From Leucoraja ocellata (lineage: Eukaryota): a DNA stretch of 64,000 bases. A model generated the notes under the pieces. That model was given only the letters and a program-made list of their open reading frames with translations. It searched no databases and was not told the origin of the DNA. Positions 1 through 12,092 of the stretch are shown in pieces (the first letter of the stretch is position 1; each line of letters begins with the position of its first letter). Position numbers and translations under genes: made by a program. The stretch is taken from NCBI GenBank assembly GCA_036785375.1, contig JAWMAR010000350.1, positions 1,302,001 to 1,366,000 on the forward strand. The letters are read 5' to 3'.

Positions 1-152
1 TTTTTAAAGCAGGGATGACAGATTATTGATTAGTTATGATGTCAAAGGTTATGGAGAAATGGCAAGAGAATGGGGTTGAGAGGGAAAGAGAGATCAGTCA
101 TGATTGAATGGTGGATTAGACTCATTGGGCTGAATGGCCTAATTCTGCTCCT
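1..152 (+). mobile_element. CR1-type LINE 3' tail (elasmobranch HER1-like), cut by the window start
   Basis: 'gtcaaaggttatggaga...gatcagtcatgattgaatgg...gggctgaatggcctaattctgctcct' resembles the tail ending the CR1 RT fragment at about 45070-45185 in this window. Confidence 0.75.
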
Positions 153-1974
153 GCAGCTTACGAACCGATTTGGAATCTATTGTTCATCCTTTGATGCTGC
201 TGGGTTTAAATCCTGAAACTCCATCTCAATATCATGTTAGTCCTTCACCACACTGCAGGAAAGAAGCTCATCATCACTTTCTCAAAGGCAATTAGAGAAT
301 GACAATAAATTCTCACCTACTAGTGAGGTCTAGAACATAGAAAATTATTAAATATTATTTTAAAAACAAGTCTAACATTTTTTTGGGGTTTGGGAAACTC
401 TCTATTGTAAACCCAGGTCTTCAAAAATACGTAATATATGTTTGCCTTTAAAAAACAGATGTAATTTGATGTTACTTTTCTGCAATAATAAAAGGTTTAT
501 TACAATTTGATGCGCAGATGCCTTTTATAATAAGCACATCACAAAGAATGTCTTATTATTGCTGTTAAATAAATATAATCTCATTCTATTTATGAAAGTT
601 CATTCATAGCCAGCTCTGTTGCAGGAAAATGTTACTGTGGTTAAACTATTCCTGCCTACGTGGCGAATTAGGTTTGGGTTTTACATTCAATTGTACCATG
701 CCTGTTTGTACCTACCATAACACTTTTATAAATAACATTTAACTGATCTAAAATTTCTTCTAGATTAAATATAATATTTTCATTTCTCTGTTATTCTCTC
801 AGTTATTAAAATGAACAAACTAGTGCATTTCAAGCGTTAAGTTTTTCATAACTTTTCATTGCATTAAGATGTCTTCACATTGGAACAAATCATTTTTTAA
901 TGAAAGAAAAAGCCTAGATTGTATTGCCTGTTATCTTAGATAGGTAAAACAGGAAGATGTTGCGCTTCGAGCAGCTTTAATCCTTTAATCTCAATTAGTG
1001 AGGGTAAACAAGGGAGATGTTATATTTGTTTTCACTTGTCAGGGTAAGAGAAGAAGTTATTCAATGTACCATTTTAGAAATTGAGGGTGGTTGCCAAGAT
1101 TTCTCTACCTATGTTGCTCTGAGGTCTCTGTCAAGGGTGCAGTATAAATACATATTGCTTTTCCTCTGCAGATTATTCCTCCTCTAAACCTGGCTCCAAT
1201 GTACAATTCAACTCAAACATCATTTCCATTTGCATCACATCTTGAACATAAACAAAAAATACTCTGATGATTTGCAGTATAATCAAACAAAGAAAAACCT
1301 TAAAGCACCATATTGAGCTATAGGATGAACGCCTAAAGGGGTGACTTTCAAGAAAGACCTTAAAGGAGAAGAAGAAAAAAATCACGAAGCAAAGAAGAAT
1401 GGGAAAGGAACACAAGATTTGAAATCAAAATTAATAATTCCAAATTAGGATTATGAAAGTGATTCGTATAAGAGGAAAGAAGTATGACAAATGCAACCAT
1501 TTTATTATTTTGAGAAACCAAAGCAATCAGTTGAAGAAATGAAGTGTGATATTTATCTTTAATTCCACCAGGGTGAAAATGAATGCAGTCTAAAGGGTAT
1601 CAAGATGGGTTTTTTACACCACAGGAGAAAACTAAAGAGGAACTGGCCATAGTTGTATGCATAAAATAGAGAACGGTTGATGGGAAATAATGAGTGGATG
1701 GTCACATTCTGTCTAGGACTGCCAGGAAGATGCTTTTGGAGCAGTGCTTGAATCACTAGAAAAATGCAGTCAACCAGGAATAGAGAGCAATTGATGAGAA
1801 AAGAAGGAAAACCAGTCCTGGGTTCTGTTGAGCAAGAAAAGTAAGTGTGCCTTCTGAAATCCTGGTGAATGATTTGGCTGTAAGTGTGATAAAGGACAAT
1901 CAATACCTGGAGCCAATGCTGCAGATGGGAACAAGGAGTTAGAAGCCAGAAGGGACTGTATGTGCTAGAATATG

Positions 1975-3340
1975 GAACAAAACATAGAACATTGGAAGAA
2001 CTCAGCAGGCCTAGCAGCATCTGTAGAGGCAAAACGTGCATGGAGATATTTTTTGGATTAAGACCCTGTAGCAGATCTGTGAGGGAAGAGAAAAGATTGC
2101 CAGTATACAGTTGTCCAAGGGAGTTGAGAATCAGGTAAGCTGTAATAATGGGTCAATGGAACTAGGTGGGGGAGTGGGAGATGGGGAGGGGGAAGGGGGT
2201 GGGTGAACTGAACAAAGGGAGAAAAAATAATGACAAATGTGAGTATGTGGGGAGGAATAACAAACACAGTGGGTGTGAGTTACCTAAAATTTGAAAATTC
2301 AACATTTGTACCATTGGGCTGTATGGTACCCAAGTTGAACATGTGATGTTGTTCCTCCAATTCACCTTAGCAATGAAGAAGTCCAAAGACAGACAGATTT
2401 GGTGTGGAAGTGGGAAATAGAAGTGATATGATGTGCAACTGGTAGCTTGTGGAAAGGGTGCAGGGTGCAAACTGCAAAAACACCACATAGTTAATGCTTG
2501 GCTTCTACAAGATAGAGGTGGTCACCTAGTGAGCATGTAATGCAATAAGCGAGTTCAGAATACCGACTGCTCATGCCCAGGTCATAGGTCACGCGCGATA
2601 AACATTCTCAGCAGCTGTGCTGCTGCATGGAAACAGGCCTGCATTTCATCCGTAGACAGAATCGAACCCGGGTCTCCGGTGCTGCAAGCGTGTTGAATTG
2701 CTACTGGACTGTCCCTGTCCCCTCGCGAGTGTCCCATCCCTGTCCAGGGTGGCCGGAGAAGTCCGGGGTGTCCCTGGACTGATGGTACACCGGCCCAGAG
2801 CAGTGGCGGCCCAGGCTTACAGCCAGCGCTAACTCCAGCGTTAACTCTACTGCTCCGGGCCGGTGTCCCGTCAGTCGAGGGCTGTCGATTAGCCCGGCTG
2901 GGCAGGCAGACTTGAGCTGGAGTTAGCAATTCTTCTCCATGAGGGCCATAAGCCTGGGCCACCATTGCTCCAGGCCGGTTTCCCGTCAGTCCAGGGTCAC
3001 CCCGTACATCTCCGGCCGTCCACGGACAGGGATGGAACACTCAGGAGGGGACGGGGACGATCCAGTAGCAATTCTACAGTGCTTGCAGCATCGGAGACCT
3101 GGATTCGATCCTGACTATGGATGAAAAGCAGGTCTGTATCCATGCACAGCACATTTATCGCGAGTGACATTTGACAAATCCCATGATTCCTTGCGTTTTC
3201 CAGAATACCGAACTCACTTATTGCCAGGTTGGAAGAGGTGCAGGCAAACCTCTGCCTCACTTGGAAATGCTGTTTAGGTACCTGGATGGTGTGGGGCAGG
3301 AGGTGAAGGGACTGTGTAACACCTCCTGCCAGTGGTGGGG
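1975..3340 (-). mobile_element. Degenerate Penelope-like element fragment, interrupted by a foldback element at 2547-3219
   Basis: 2270-2545 and 3222-3330 are reverse-complement homologous to the GIY-YIG endonuclease region at 46660-47080 (e.g. 'aggttggaagaggtgcaggcaaacctctgcct' vs 'aggcagaggttcacttgcacctcctccaac'). A terminal-repeat-like piece lies at 1980-2040. Confidence 0.6.
2547..3219. mobile_element. Non-autonomous foldback DNA element with long internal inverted arms and AT flanks
   Basis: Ends AT|aagcgagttc (2545-2556) and gaactcactt|AT (3210-3221). Arms at about 2588-2824 and 2944-3168 are clear imperfect reverse complements. The flanks rejoin into a continuous Penelope sequence. 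Confidence 0.75.
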
Positions 3341-3857
3341 AAAGGTCGTGACAGATACCAAGAAACCTCTATCATAGAATAATTAAAGGAACTACATTGT
3401 TGAGCCCCATAATGCAAGGTAGGAATGAAAGTAAGAAATAATGACCTTGATATAGTGTACATCACAAGCAATCAAATTAAAGAAAGCTGACAAATGTAGC
3501 AGAACAAAGACACAACAGCTTTGGGGGCTGAGAGAAACGTGTTTCTGATAGGTGAAAAAAAAATACATTAAAAACAAGATAAAATACGTTGCAAACAAAG
3601 CAAAGGAAGAGTCACAACGTGGGGAATATTAGTGGAAGATCTGCCCCGTGGTTAGGATTCTAGTTCTTTGGAAAACGGAATGGAGATGATGGAAACTAAA
3701 TACAGTATTATCTTAAATTTTGTTTTCAAAGGAGATGTTTAATCTATAGATCGATCTTCTCCAAATATATTTTGTAAAATTTAAAACCTGCCTGAAACCG
3801 CCGCAATCTGCGGGTTAAGGGTGATTTATTGGTTAATGTTGGAAAGTTCACCGCCTA

Positions 3858-4187
<330 letters not shown>

Positions 4188-4279
4188 TCAGTGCAGAATC
4201 CCACGTTCAATTTGAATAAGCAGCAGAAAAACGTTCCTCTAATTGAAAATACAACAATGAACTATTAGTTATCTCGTTA

Positions 4280-4530
4280 GGGTCGACACAGTGGCGTAGC
4301 GGTAACAGTACAGTTTCAGAGACTTGAGTTCGATCTTGACTTAAGGTGCTGTCTGTACGGCTCCGTGACTGCGCGAGTTTTCTCCGGGTGCTCCGGTGCT
4401 GCATGTTTGCAGGATAATTGCGTCGTTAATGTGTAGGGTTGGAACTGGTGTACGGATAATCGTTGGTCGGTCGGTGGGCCGAAGAGCCTCATTCCACGCG
4501 GTATCTCTAAAACTAAAAATAAAACTAAAT
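4280..4530 (+). mobile_element. tRNA-derived V-SINE (HE1-like)
   Basis: A-box-like 'gtggcgtagcggta', B-box-like 'gagttcgatct', V-domain 'ttttctccgggtgctccggt', CR1-like tail 'gggccgaagagcctcattccacgcggtatctctaaaactaaaa'. Confidence 0.8.
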
Positions 4531-5047
4531 ATTTAAGGAAATTTGGATGAGCAGAGCTGATCTGAGTATTGGTGTGAATGGACCGACACCATTCCCTAGA
4601 ATATATGATAATGCTATGCTATATTGAAACAGATGAGAAGAGGGGCTGGCAGGATAGATCCCAATCAAATGGCGTCGATTGGTGGTAGACTCATTCCATC
4701 CACACCCGCTTGACTAATGGACACTGTCTGTTAAACGTGTGTGCGTGTGTACGTGGGTGTTTATACACTGGGATATATGGCATGTGTTAAGCATGTCTCC
4801 ATATGTGTATATTAAACCATATGTATTGCTCCAATATACTTATCGCTCAGTAATTTTCCGAACAAGGAAATTACAAGTGAATCATTTTCACAGTGGCCAC
4901 TTACAGGACACTTGGGGAGGTTAAAGACTCTCTTGTTTAATGTTTGCTGTGCTGATGTCACCGTCATGATAATACACGATAATCATGATCTAGCATTGGT
5001 ATTATTACTCTTTAAAAAAAAAAGGGCAACAAAATGCAATGATCAAA

Positions 5048-5152
5048 ACACAAAGTGCTGGAGGAACACCACGGGTCAGCCAGTATCTGTGGAGGGAATG
5101 GATAAGCGACATTTCGTGTCGGGACCCTTTTTCAGACGCATCTTCTTCAGAT
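5048..5152 (-). mobile_element. Short Penelope terminal-repeat-derived element with a mutated hammerhead-like core
   Basis: Homologous to 6550-6642 and 8926-9012. Core reads CTGAAAA-A-GGGTCCCGACAC-GAAAT-GTC on the minus strand. Confidence 0.7.
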
Positions 5153-6549
5153 GCAATGATCACTTTAAAAAATATATTTTATTCTGAAATAATAGCACAT
5201 AATTGAAGCGAAGCACTTCCAGATAAAGAACAGAGGAATATTCTGCCTGAAATACATGGAATGATCACAGTTTAACATGTTTTGCCATCATATATCAATA
5301 TTTTTATATAGGATTATTTCAGTACTTCAATGTTATAATGGTTTAATACTTTAAAACATATTTCATTTTAACGTTTCTATAGCTCTCCTTTGCAAAAATT
5401 GCTTTGCGACTCAGTCGGCTGGATATTTGAATCTTTGCTTATACATATCTAACACAATCATCGGTGGCCAAAGTAATGGTGAAGTGGGGACAGGGAGAGA
5501 TTTATGTAATAAATAGAGGGAAGACACGGACAGAGTGACGTGAAAGCAGAGACTTAAATTAACCAAGCCATACACCGGGAGCTAGACACAAGAGTTTCGC
5601 AAGGGTATAGAAAATAGGTTGGAAAACCACTCAGTGACAGGAAAAGTCTTGTTACATTATACCCGTCGACATACCAAAATGTTAAAGGACAGATGGGCGT
5701 ATGTACTAGTTCTAGCTGATATATATTAAAACTGTTCGTAACATTAATAGCCTTCATATCCTTGTCTGTGGAGGGCTCGGAACATTTCGGAGGGGTCTGA
5801 TGCAATTTTATGTGCAAAATTGCCCGCCCCACTCGCACCGTCTTTTTTTTTATGTGAAGAAGGTATTATCTACTTAAAGTGATTCTGCAAACTCTTTTGC
5901 CTGGTCACGGTTTTGATGAAAAAGAAAACATGGGAGAGAATTATCAAAAATAACATTAGTGTTTGTGGTAGGAGTATACACAAATAAACCTTGTGTTTCT
6001 CAAAACTTCAACAGATGATTGACATTTAAGTTGTAAAGGGGACGGCAGGACAAATTTTCTGACATTAAGATTTAGTTTATACATTTTATATACAGGTTTA
6101 ATTAAAATAATCAATAATAAAATGTGTTATTTTAGGAAACATGTTATGCAAGTTAACTGTATGGGGAGGACTGCCTCTGGCAAACCATTGGCAAATTTAA
6201 AAATGGATTTCATTCTTTACATCAAATGAGAAATAATGTATATACGGGAGAGGGACAAAATCAGATTTACTTTTCCTTAGGAAAAAGTACTACGATCACA
6301 ATTAACTACTCAACCTCAAGTTATAAGATAATTTAATTGTGTTGCGAGAAAGACTTAGACCAAGGCGACATGTTACCAATGTCTTCATTCATCAGAAGGC
6401 ACATAAACAGTTTCCTGAAGAATCAGCACGCATCGCACTGTACCAATGACCACGGTACTGCCTTGTGGATTAACGTTATGCATTGTAAATTTCCCGCACA
6501 AACCCACACCTTCAGATCCCAGCCATGGAACACGTTGCAAATATCAGGG

Positions 6550-6642
6550 TACACAAAATTGCTGGAGAAACTCAGCGGGTGCAGCAGCATCTATGGAGCG
6601 AAGGAAATAGGCGACGTTTCGGGCCGAAACCCTTCTTCAGTT
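6550..6642 (-). mobile_element. Short Penelope terminal-repeat-derived element with an intact hammerhead-like core
   Basis: Minus strand 6640-6613 reads CTGAAGA-A-GGGT-TTCG-GCCC-GAAAC-GTC, followed by the shared body 'gcctatttccttcgctccatagatgctgc...ctgagtttctccagc'. Confidence 0.75.
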
Positions 6643-6721
6643 GCCAGGGTGAATGGGAGAACACCAGGATCTCACTGTAAATAACGTTTTGATTCCCTCA
6701 TTCTTATCCTTGACATATCCC

Positions 6722-6972
6722 TGAGATGCAACGTGGAAATAGACCTTCCCAATATACGTCGACCATCGATCACCCGATGATACGTGTGTGTGTTTCTCTA
6801 TCACTCTCTACACACTACGGGCAATTTACAGAGGCAAATTAATCTGCAACTTCGCACATCTTTGGGATGGGTGTAGAAACTGAAGCATGCAAAGGAAACA
6901 CACGCTGTCACAGATGCAAACTCTATACCCTAGGTCAGGATCGGACCTGGTATTCTGGAGCTGCGAGGCAGT
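6722..6972 (-). mobile_element. Degenerate V-SINE (HE1-like)
   Basis: Reverse-complement similarity to the SINEs at 4280-4530 and 54681-54982: tail 'cgtggaaatagacctt', body 'aattaatctgcaa...tctttggga', head 'gtcaggatcggacctgg'. Confidence 0.65.
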
Positions 6973-8382
6973 GTTTGTGCACGTAGGCTTTAACTAAGTA
7001 ATCGTTCAGAACCTTAACCCCAATTGCTAGTTGTTCTTTTAGTAATTGTTGATTGCGATATTCTCCTTCCATAAATCTGACACAGTGGTAATCCACTTAA
7101 AGAAGATAAAAGTTTAGGATAAAATCTAATGAATAAAGAAATTGAAATATTTAATTAGTTTAAATTTAAATGGGTCAAAAAAGCATGTGAATCTGATGGC
7201 ACGAGTAAGCATTAGCGTACATAATGTGAAGCAGCAACATACATTCCAAGCTAAAATTATCTCCATTGTTATTAGGTTTCAATCTTTTGATTGCCTTTTA
7301 CTTTCGAAAAAAATGTTTTAAGGACTGTAAACATATTCCCCTTTCATTTCTCTTTTCCCACCCTATTTCTCTACGTGTTATTTTCACACTTTAAGGTGGC
7401 AATTTTAGCCATACACGTCCTCATCCACCAAATCCGATCACTTCTCGATAGTTTTTTTTATTTCTGTATGTTTTGTTAATATTATTAGATTTTGCATCGT
7501 GTGAGCTTGTCTGGGCTGCTGGCAGCAACATGGCGGTAATCTGGTCTTTGGCCCAATTGTGTGCATTAATTTAGAAGAGTGAGCCCGAACATCCATTGTC
7601 AGCATTCTGGCCCTTGTCCTGATCCTGGTGATGGGCTAGATTCCAGTAGAAGGGTGAAAAGGGTCGCAGTAGCAAAAACAAAACAAAACAGGGGTACAGA
7701 TCGAGAAACTCAGGGAAAAGACAGGACCTGGTAGAAGGGGGTGGGGGTGGGGAGAGAGACTGGGATATAAAAATAACCAGCCCACGCTTCCACCAGATTG
7801 CCCACATGAATAAAGATTGGCAAATACTTGAACCTATTCAGCCAAAATAGGGGGTGTGGAGTTATCAATAGCCCGAAGTCAAGGCTTGCAAAGAAGTTAC
7901 TTTGATTTCCACATTTTTTATGTTCATTTCGGTCGTGGACAGCAAAGTAAGTGAACCTCCACAAGGGGCTGAAGCATGTCCAGAAGACTAAAGGCTGGCT
8001 GGAAAGACAATTCACCAAACAGAGACACCTTCAGGATGCTCCTGTTAACGGTTTATCACAACTGATTTCCAGAACCAAGTCAGGTGCCTGTTACAAGCTC
8101 CGGCCTCAGCATACTGCTCCCTGTGAGCGGGAGCCGGGCACCAGCCGGGCCAGGACATACACATAATCACTTCCGGCAAAAAAACGCCCATTCTTGTATA
8201 AACGGGAGGATTGAGCGGGCGAAACACTGCACTCTTTTCATCACTCTTACCCCTTCTTTTCTCCGATAAACACAAGAACGCGGTATATTTAATTCCGCCT
8301 TTCCTTCTCTCTGCCTGAACAACCCTCTCGGCTTTTTTTCTGTGTTCCAGGGTCTCTTTCTTATTGTCTGTCTGCCGCTCCA

Positions 8383-8388
8383 CCCCCC

Positions 8389-8452
<64 letters not shown>

Positions 8453-8466
8453 TTCTCTCTCTCTCG
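8383..8466. repeat. Poly(C) run followed by a (CT)n microsatellite
   Basis: Directly visible. Confidence 0.97.
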
Positions 8467-8925
8467 TTCAAGGTCAGATTTATTTTCCATGGAGCACTGT
8501 CCAAGGACATGTTTCCGCATTACTGATTTCAGCGCAGTGTTAAACTGAGATCCCTGTTGTGTAATGCGAGAGTGTGAAAGAAGATATCCTTTGAAACTAC
8601 AGCAATGTACATAGACCCCAAAATAAAACAAATTGCCTCTGAATTAGTACCATATTTATCTAGCTGGGTATTTAGGAATCAAAATTGTCTTTATGAACCC
8701 CTTGAAAGTCCGGAAAAAAATCTTAGACATGTCTTGTGTTCTATAGACCTACGAGTGGATGTGACGCGTATGGTCTAACTGTTGGAGAAGCAGAAAAGTG
8801 GAAGTTTCCAAAGGAATATTTAAACATTTTTTGCTTACTAAAGTGATTAAGTACAGTAGCTTTACCATTGAGTAATAGATCAATAAATCACCAAATATTT
8901 CAGACAAACTATCACAAAATTATTT

Positions 8926-9012
8926 GTCTGAAGAAGGGTCTCGACCCGAAACGTCGCCTATTCCTTCGCTCCATAGATGCTACCTCACCCGCTGAGTTTC
9001 TCCATTTTTGTC
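8926..9012 (+). mobile_element. Short Penelope terminal-repeat-derived element with an intact hammerhead-like core
   Basis: 8928-8955 reads CTGAAGA-A-GGGT-CTCG-ACCC-GAAAC-GTC, followed by the shared body. Confidence 0.75.
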
Positions 9013-11926
9013 AACCCACAAAACTATGAACCTTCTTCTAAGCAGACATCACGAGGCAAAGACACTCTCATATCAATTCCTCCTATTCCTACAAGATGCG
9101 AATGGAGTGGATCTTCCGATATGTTTTAAGCAGACTAGAATTGCATGAAATAGGACCGTGATGGTCTTAACACACCGTTAAGGGAATAAATGTATGTAAT
9201 AGAGTGGGGGAGAAAATGACTGGTGGCAACTATGGACTGTTGGTGGTGCTTAAAGCTTAGTCAGTGGGGACCTGAATGCTAATTCCGGTTTCACTGCGCT
9301 CATCACCCTCCACACTCTTTGCTTCTTCCTGGACATTTCATTTCTCTTTCTACGAGCGGTTGCTGCCGAGACGGATCTGAAGCCAACAGATTTCTATTAT
9401 TGCTCAGGGTCTGGTGGGAAGAAGTTAGCGGTGGCGAGGAAATTGGAACGTGGAGCGTATTCAGAGTTTGTGGTGGAACAAATTATTCCTCCTTGTAGTT
9501 AGAACGTGAAACCTTGGCTGGAAACATGTCCGAATTTCGCCCACACAGCAGACGATAGCTTTCAGTTAATTGTTAAATTAATTAGTAAATGACAGTCTTC
9601 CTCTACTCGTGTCAAATTTATTAAGATTTATAACTCAAATGGAGCGGTTAGCAAATGTAAGCGTTGTAGTGGTCCGTTAATTTATTCCAGCGCCTGCCTA
9701 TATCAACTCACCAACATTTCATAACTTACACATAAGAAGCATTCTGCCTTGATCTGCAACCTGGTCTAGAAAGTGTATCATTATTCTCTTGGTCAACTTT
9801 CAACTTGGTAAGGGAGTCGAATCAACTGCATGTCAATAGGTGCGTTGGAAATTGTGCAAAAACAAAGCAAATCAGCAAAAAGGGGGATACACAGTACAAT
9901 GACAACTGGGATCCGGGTTAATCCAAGGAGAAAGACCTGATTTATCCAAGTTTGATTAACTATCGCAGGTGGCCTGGTTCCAACCGTAGCAGCAACTCCA
10001 CGGAGCTTTTCAGATCCCAGGGCCGCCAAAAACAACTGGCCCAGATTTCTCCAACATTTCGTTTAAATTATCTGATTATTGGCCACATTACGATTTTGTA
10101 ATATTGTACTTTAAAATCGAAACTCGTTTTCAGATTTCGAAAGAGTCAATTATTTTTTAGGACAATATTTTCTCACCGGGACCTGTGATAAATCAATCAC
10201 TCTTGTCCTGGCCGAACAAAATCAATGGGAGCCCGCAGTTTTCAAATCCCACCAAAATACAATGGAGCTGGTGCAAACGCAAAGGGAAATAAGAATCAAG
10301 GTGCTAAAGTTAAAACAAAGTTTCCAATGATCACTGACCCGGGCTATGGCAGGACATCAATTAAAAAAAGAGGTCCATCTCCCGCTTGTGGTTTGATAAA
10401 TTGACCTGACTTGGGTAATGACGTCCCATCTGTACCCCGGGCCCAGCGTTTATGCACAAGCAATTGCTATTTCCAATCGTGGTAATATAAGATAATAGAA
10501 GGATTTAATCTGTTCAAAACCCACCACCTTACACAATATCTGCAATAATATTTCTCCACTATAGTTATCTCTCTCACCCCACAGTGCAAACGGTGGAACT
10601 AGATGAATATTATTCCATAACATTAATAGTTTAGCAAATAATTAATAAAGGAACTTCTTACTTTAACATGAAATTGATGATTTATTTTACAAAACGCAAC
10701 ATCATCAAAATATATGAAATATGAAGGCAAATACATTTAATTAGCCCGAGAATAAACGGTGTTTTGCTGAATTCGCTTTTTAGCTCGAATTTGTGTGAAT
10801 TTGTTTTTGCTCTGTGTAAATAAGTAATGTTTAGCTTGTTGGTTTCATGGCGGGGTGAGAGATACATCTCTTGGAGCCGATGTGAGCAGATGTCCATGAT
10901 TGTGGATGTTCGCATACCACCAGCCATCATTTATTTTTGCTCTATATATCGAGGCAAAAAGTCTTGTTGGAAATGTTCGTCTCTATGTATGGGTATGATA
11001 TTAGATGTTTATGTATCCTCCTGCACCTGGATTCGACGCCCTCATGTTTTGTACCAGGCAGCATGAATGCGAGTCCGTCTAAATACTGCCAGGGGTCGGG
11101 GTTGCGCTTTGAAGTGAGAGTAGAATGAGGGGGTAGAATGTGCTCTCGCTGTCACCCTGAAGAGTCTCTGTTTAAAAAAAAAGTAACAGCAGACACTGAC
11201 ACTGAACAGCAGCCGTGTGTATAATCACCGCCCTGCACATTAATGTGTTAACTGTGTCTATGCGTTTCCTAGGCATTTCTAATATTTATCTTTGTACCTA
11301 CCAGCTATTTACTGTCTGTTCGGAGGGTTGACATATATTAAAGGATTATTTTGCTTTCTTATAACCTAGGGATTTCTTCTGTATTATGCATGGCTTTTAC
11401 TTGCTGGGGTTTTGGCGAATCGTTTCCTGCTATTCTCTGATATCTGATTCTCTTAATTTAAGGATTACCTTGTTGTTATATCCTTTCTGATGGATTACCT
11501 GCAGGAAAGGCTTTGTCTGCGATATGTCGCTCTTGGATTATTTCTGCTTCTTATATCTGTAATGTTAGGTTTGAATTACTTCTGATTCTCTTGCCTCTAA
11601 CACTATTTCTCATTATTACTTTCTAACCCATAAGATTGTTTCTATTATTACTATTCCACTGAACACATTGCCCGATGATGAACGTCTTCATCCTTGCACT
11701 ATAATTTCTAATTTATTTAGGGTTTTCGCTTCCCGCTCGGAATTCGGCTTTGCACACCAATGTATCATTTCTATCCATTTCCAAATTCACACTCTATCCG
11801 GATCATTTTTCAGGGTTGACGTTACTCTAAAATGAAATTTTTGCAGAGCTGTAAATATCAGTTTGGACCCCATTTGGTTCCAGGCAGATACCATGTTTGA
11901 CATTTTTCTTTCCTCTTGGTTCTTAC

Positions 11927-12092
11927 CTGCCCAGTATCTTGCTTACGCAGCCGTGGCTCACTCTGAGCTGTCTGGAGATATCACAGGGTCTCACTCCTTG
12001 GTGGGCCAGTTCCACAATTCGCTGCCGGACAACATCTGGGAGAGGGCGGCCATTCACAAACACACCCCCAAGCTGATTCACCCCGCCATGCC
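11927..12092 (-). CDS. PAX5: Pax5 exon 2 (N-terminal half of paired domain), 166 bp
   Basis: Translates [54 protein letters not shown](R). Acceptor tacag|GG and donor AG|gtaaga. Phases join correctly to exons 1A, 1B and 3. Confidence 0.97.

Noticed and set aside
4285-4345. tRNA gene suggested by A/B-box-like motifs
   Set aside because: No cloverleaf; it continues into a V-domain and LINE-like tail, so it is a SINE head.
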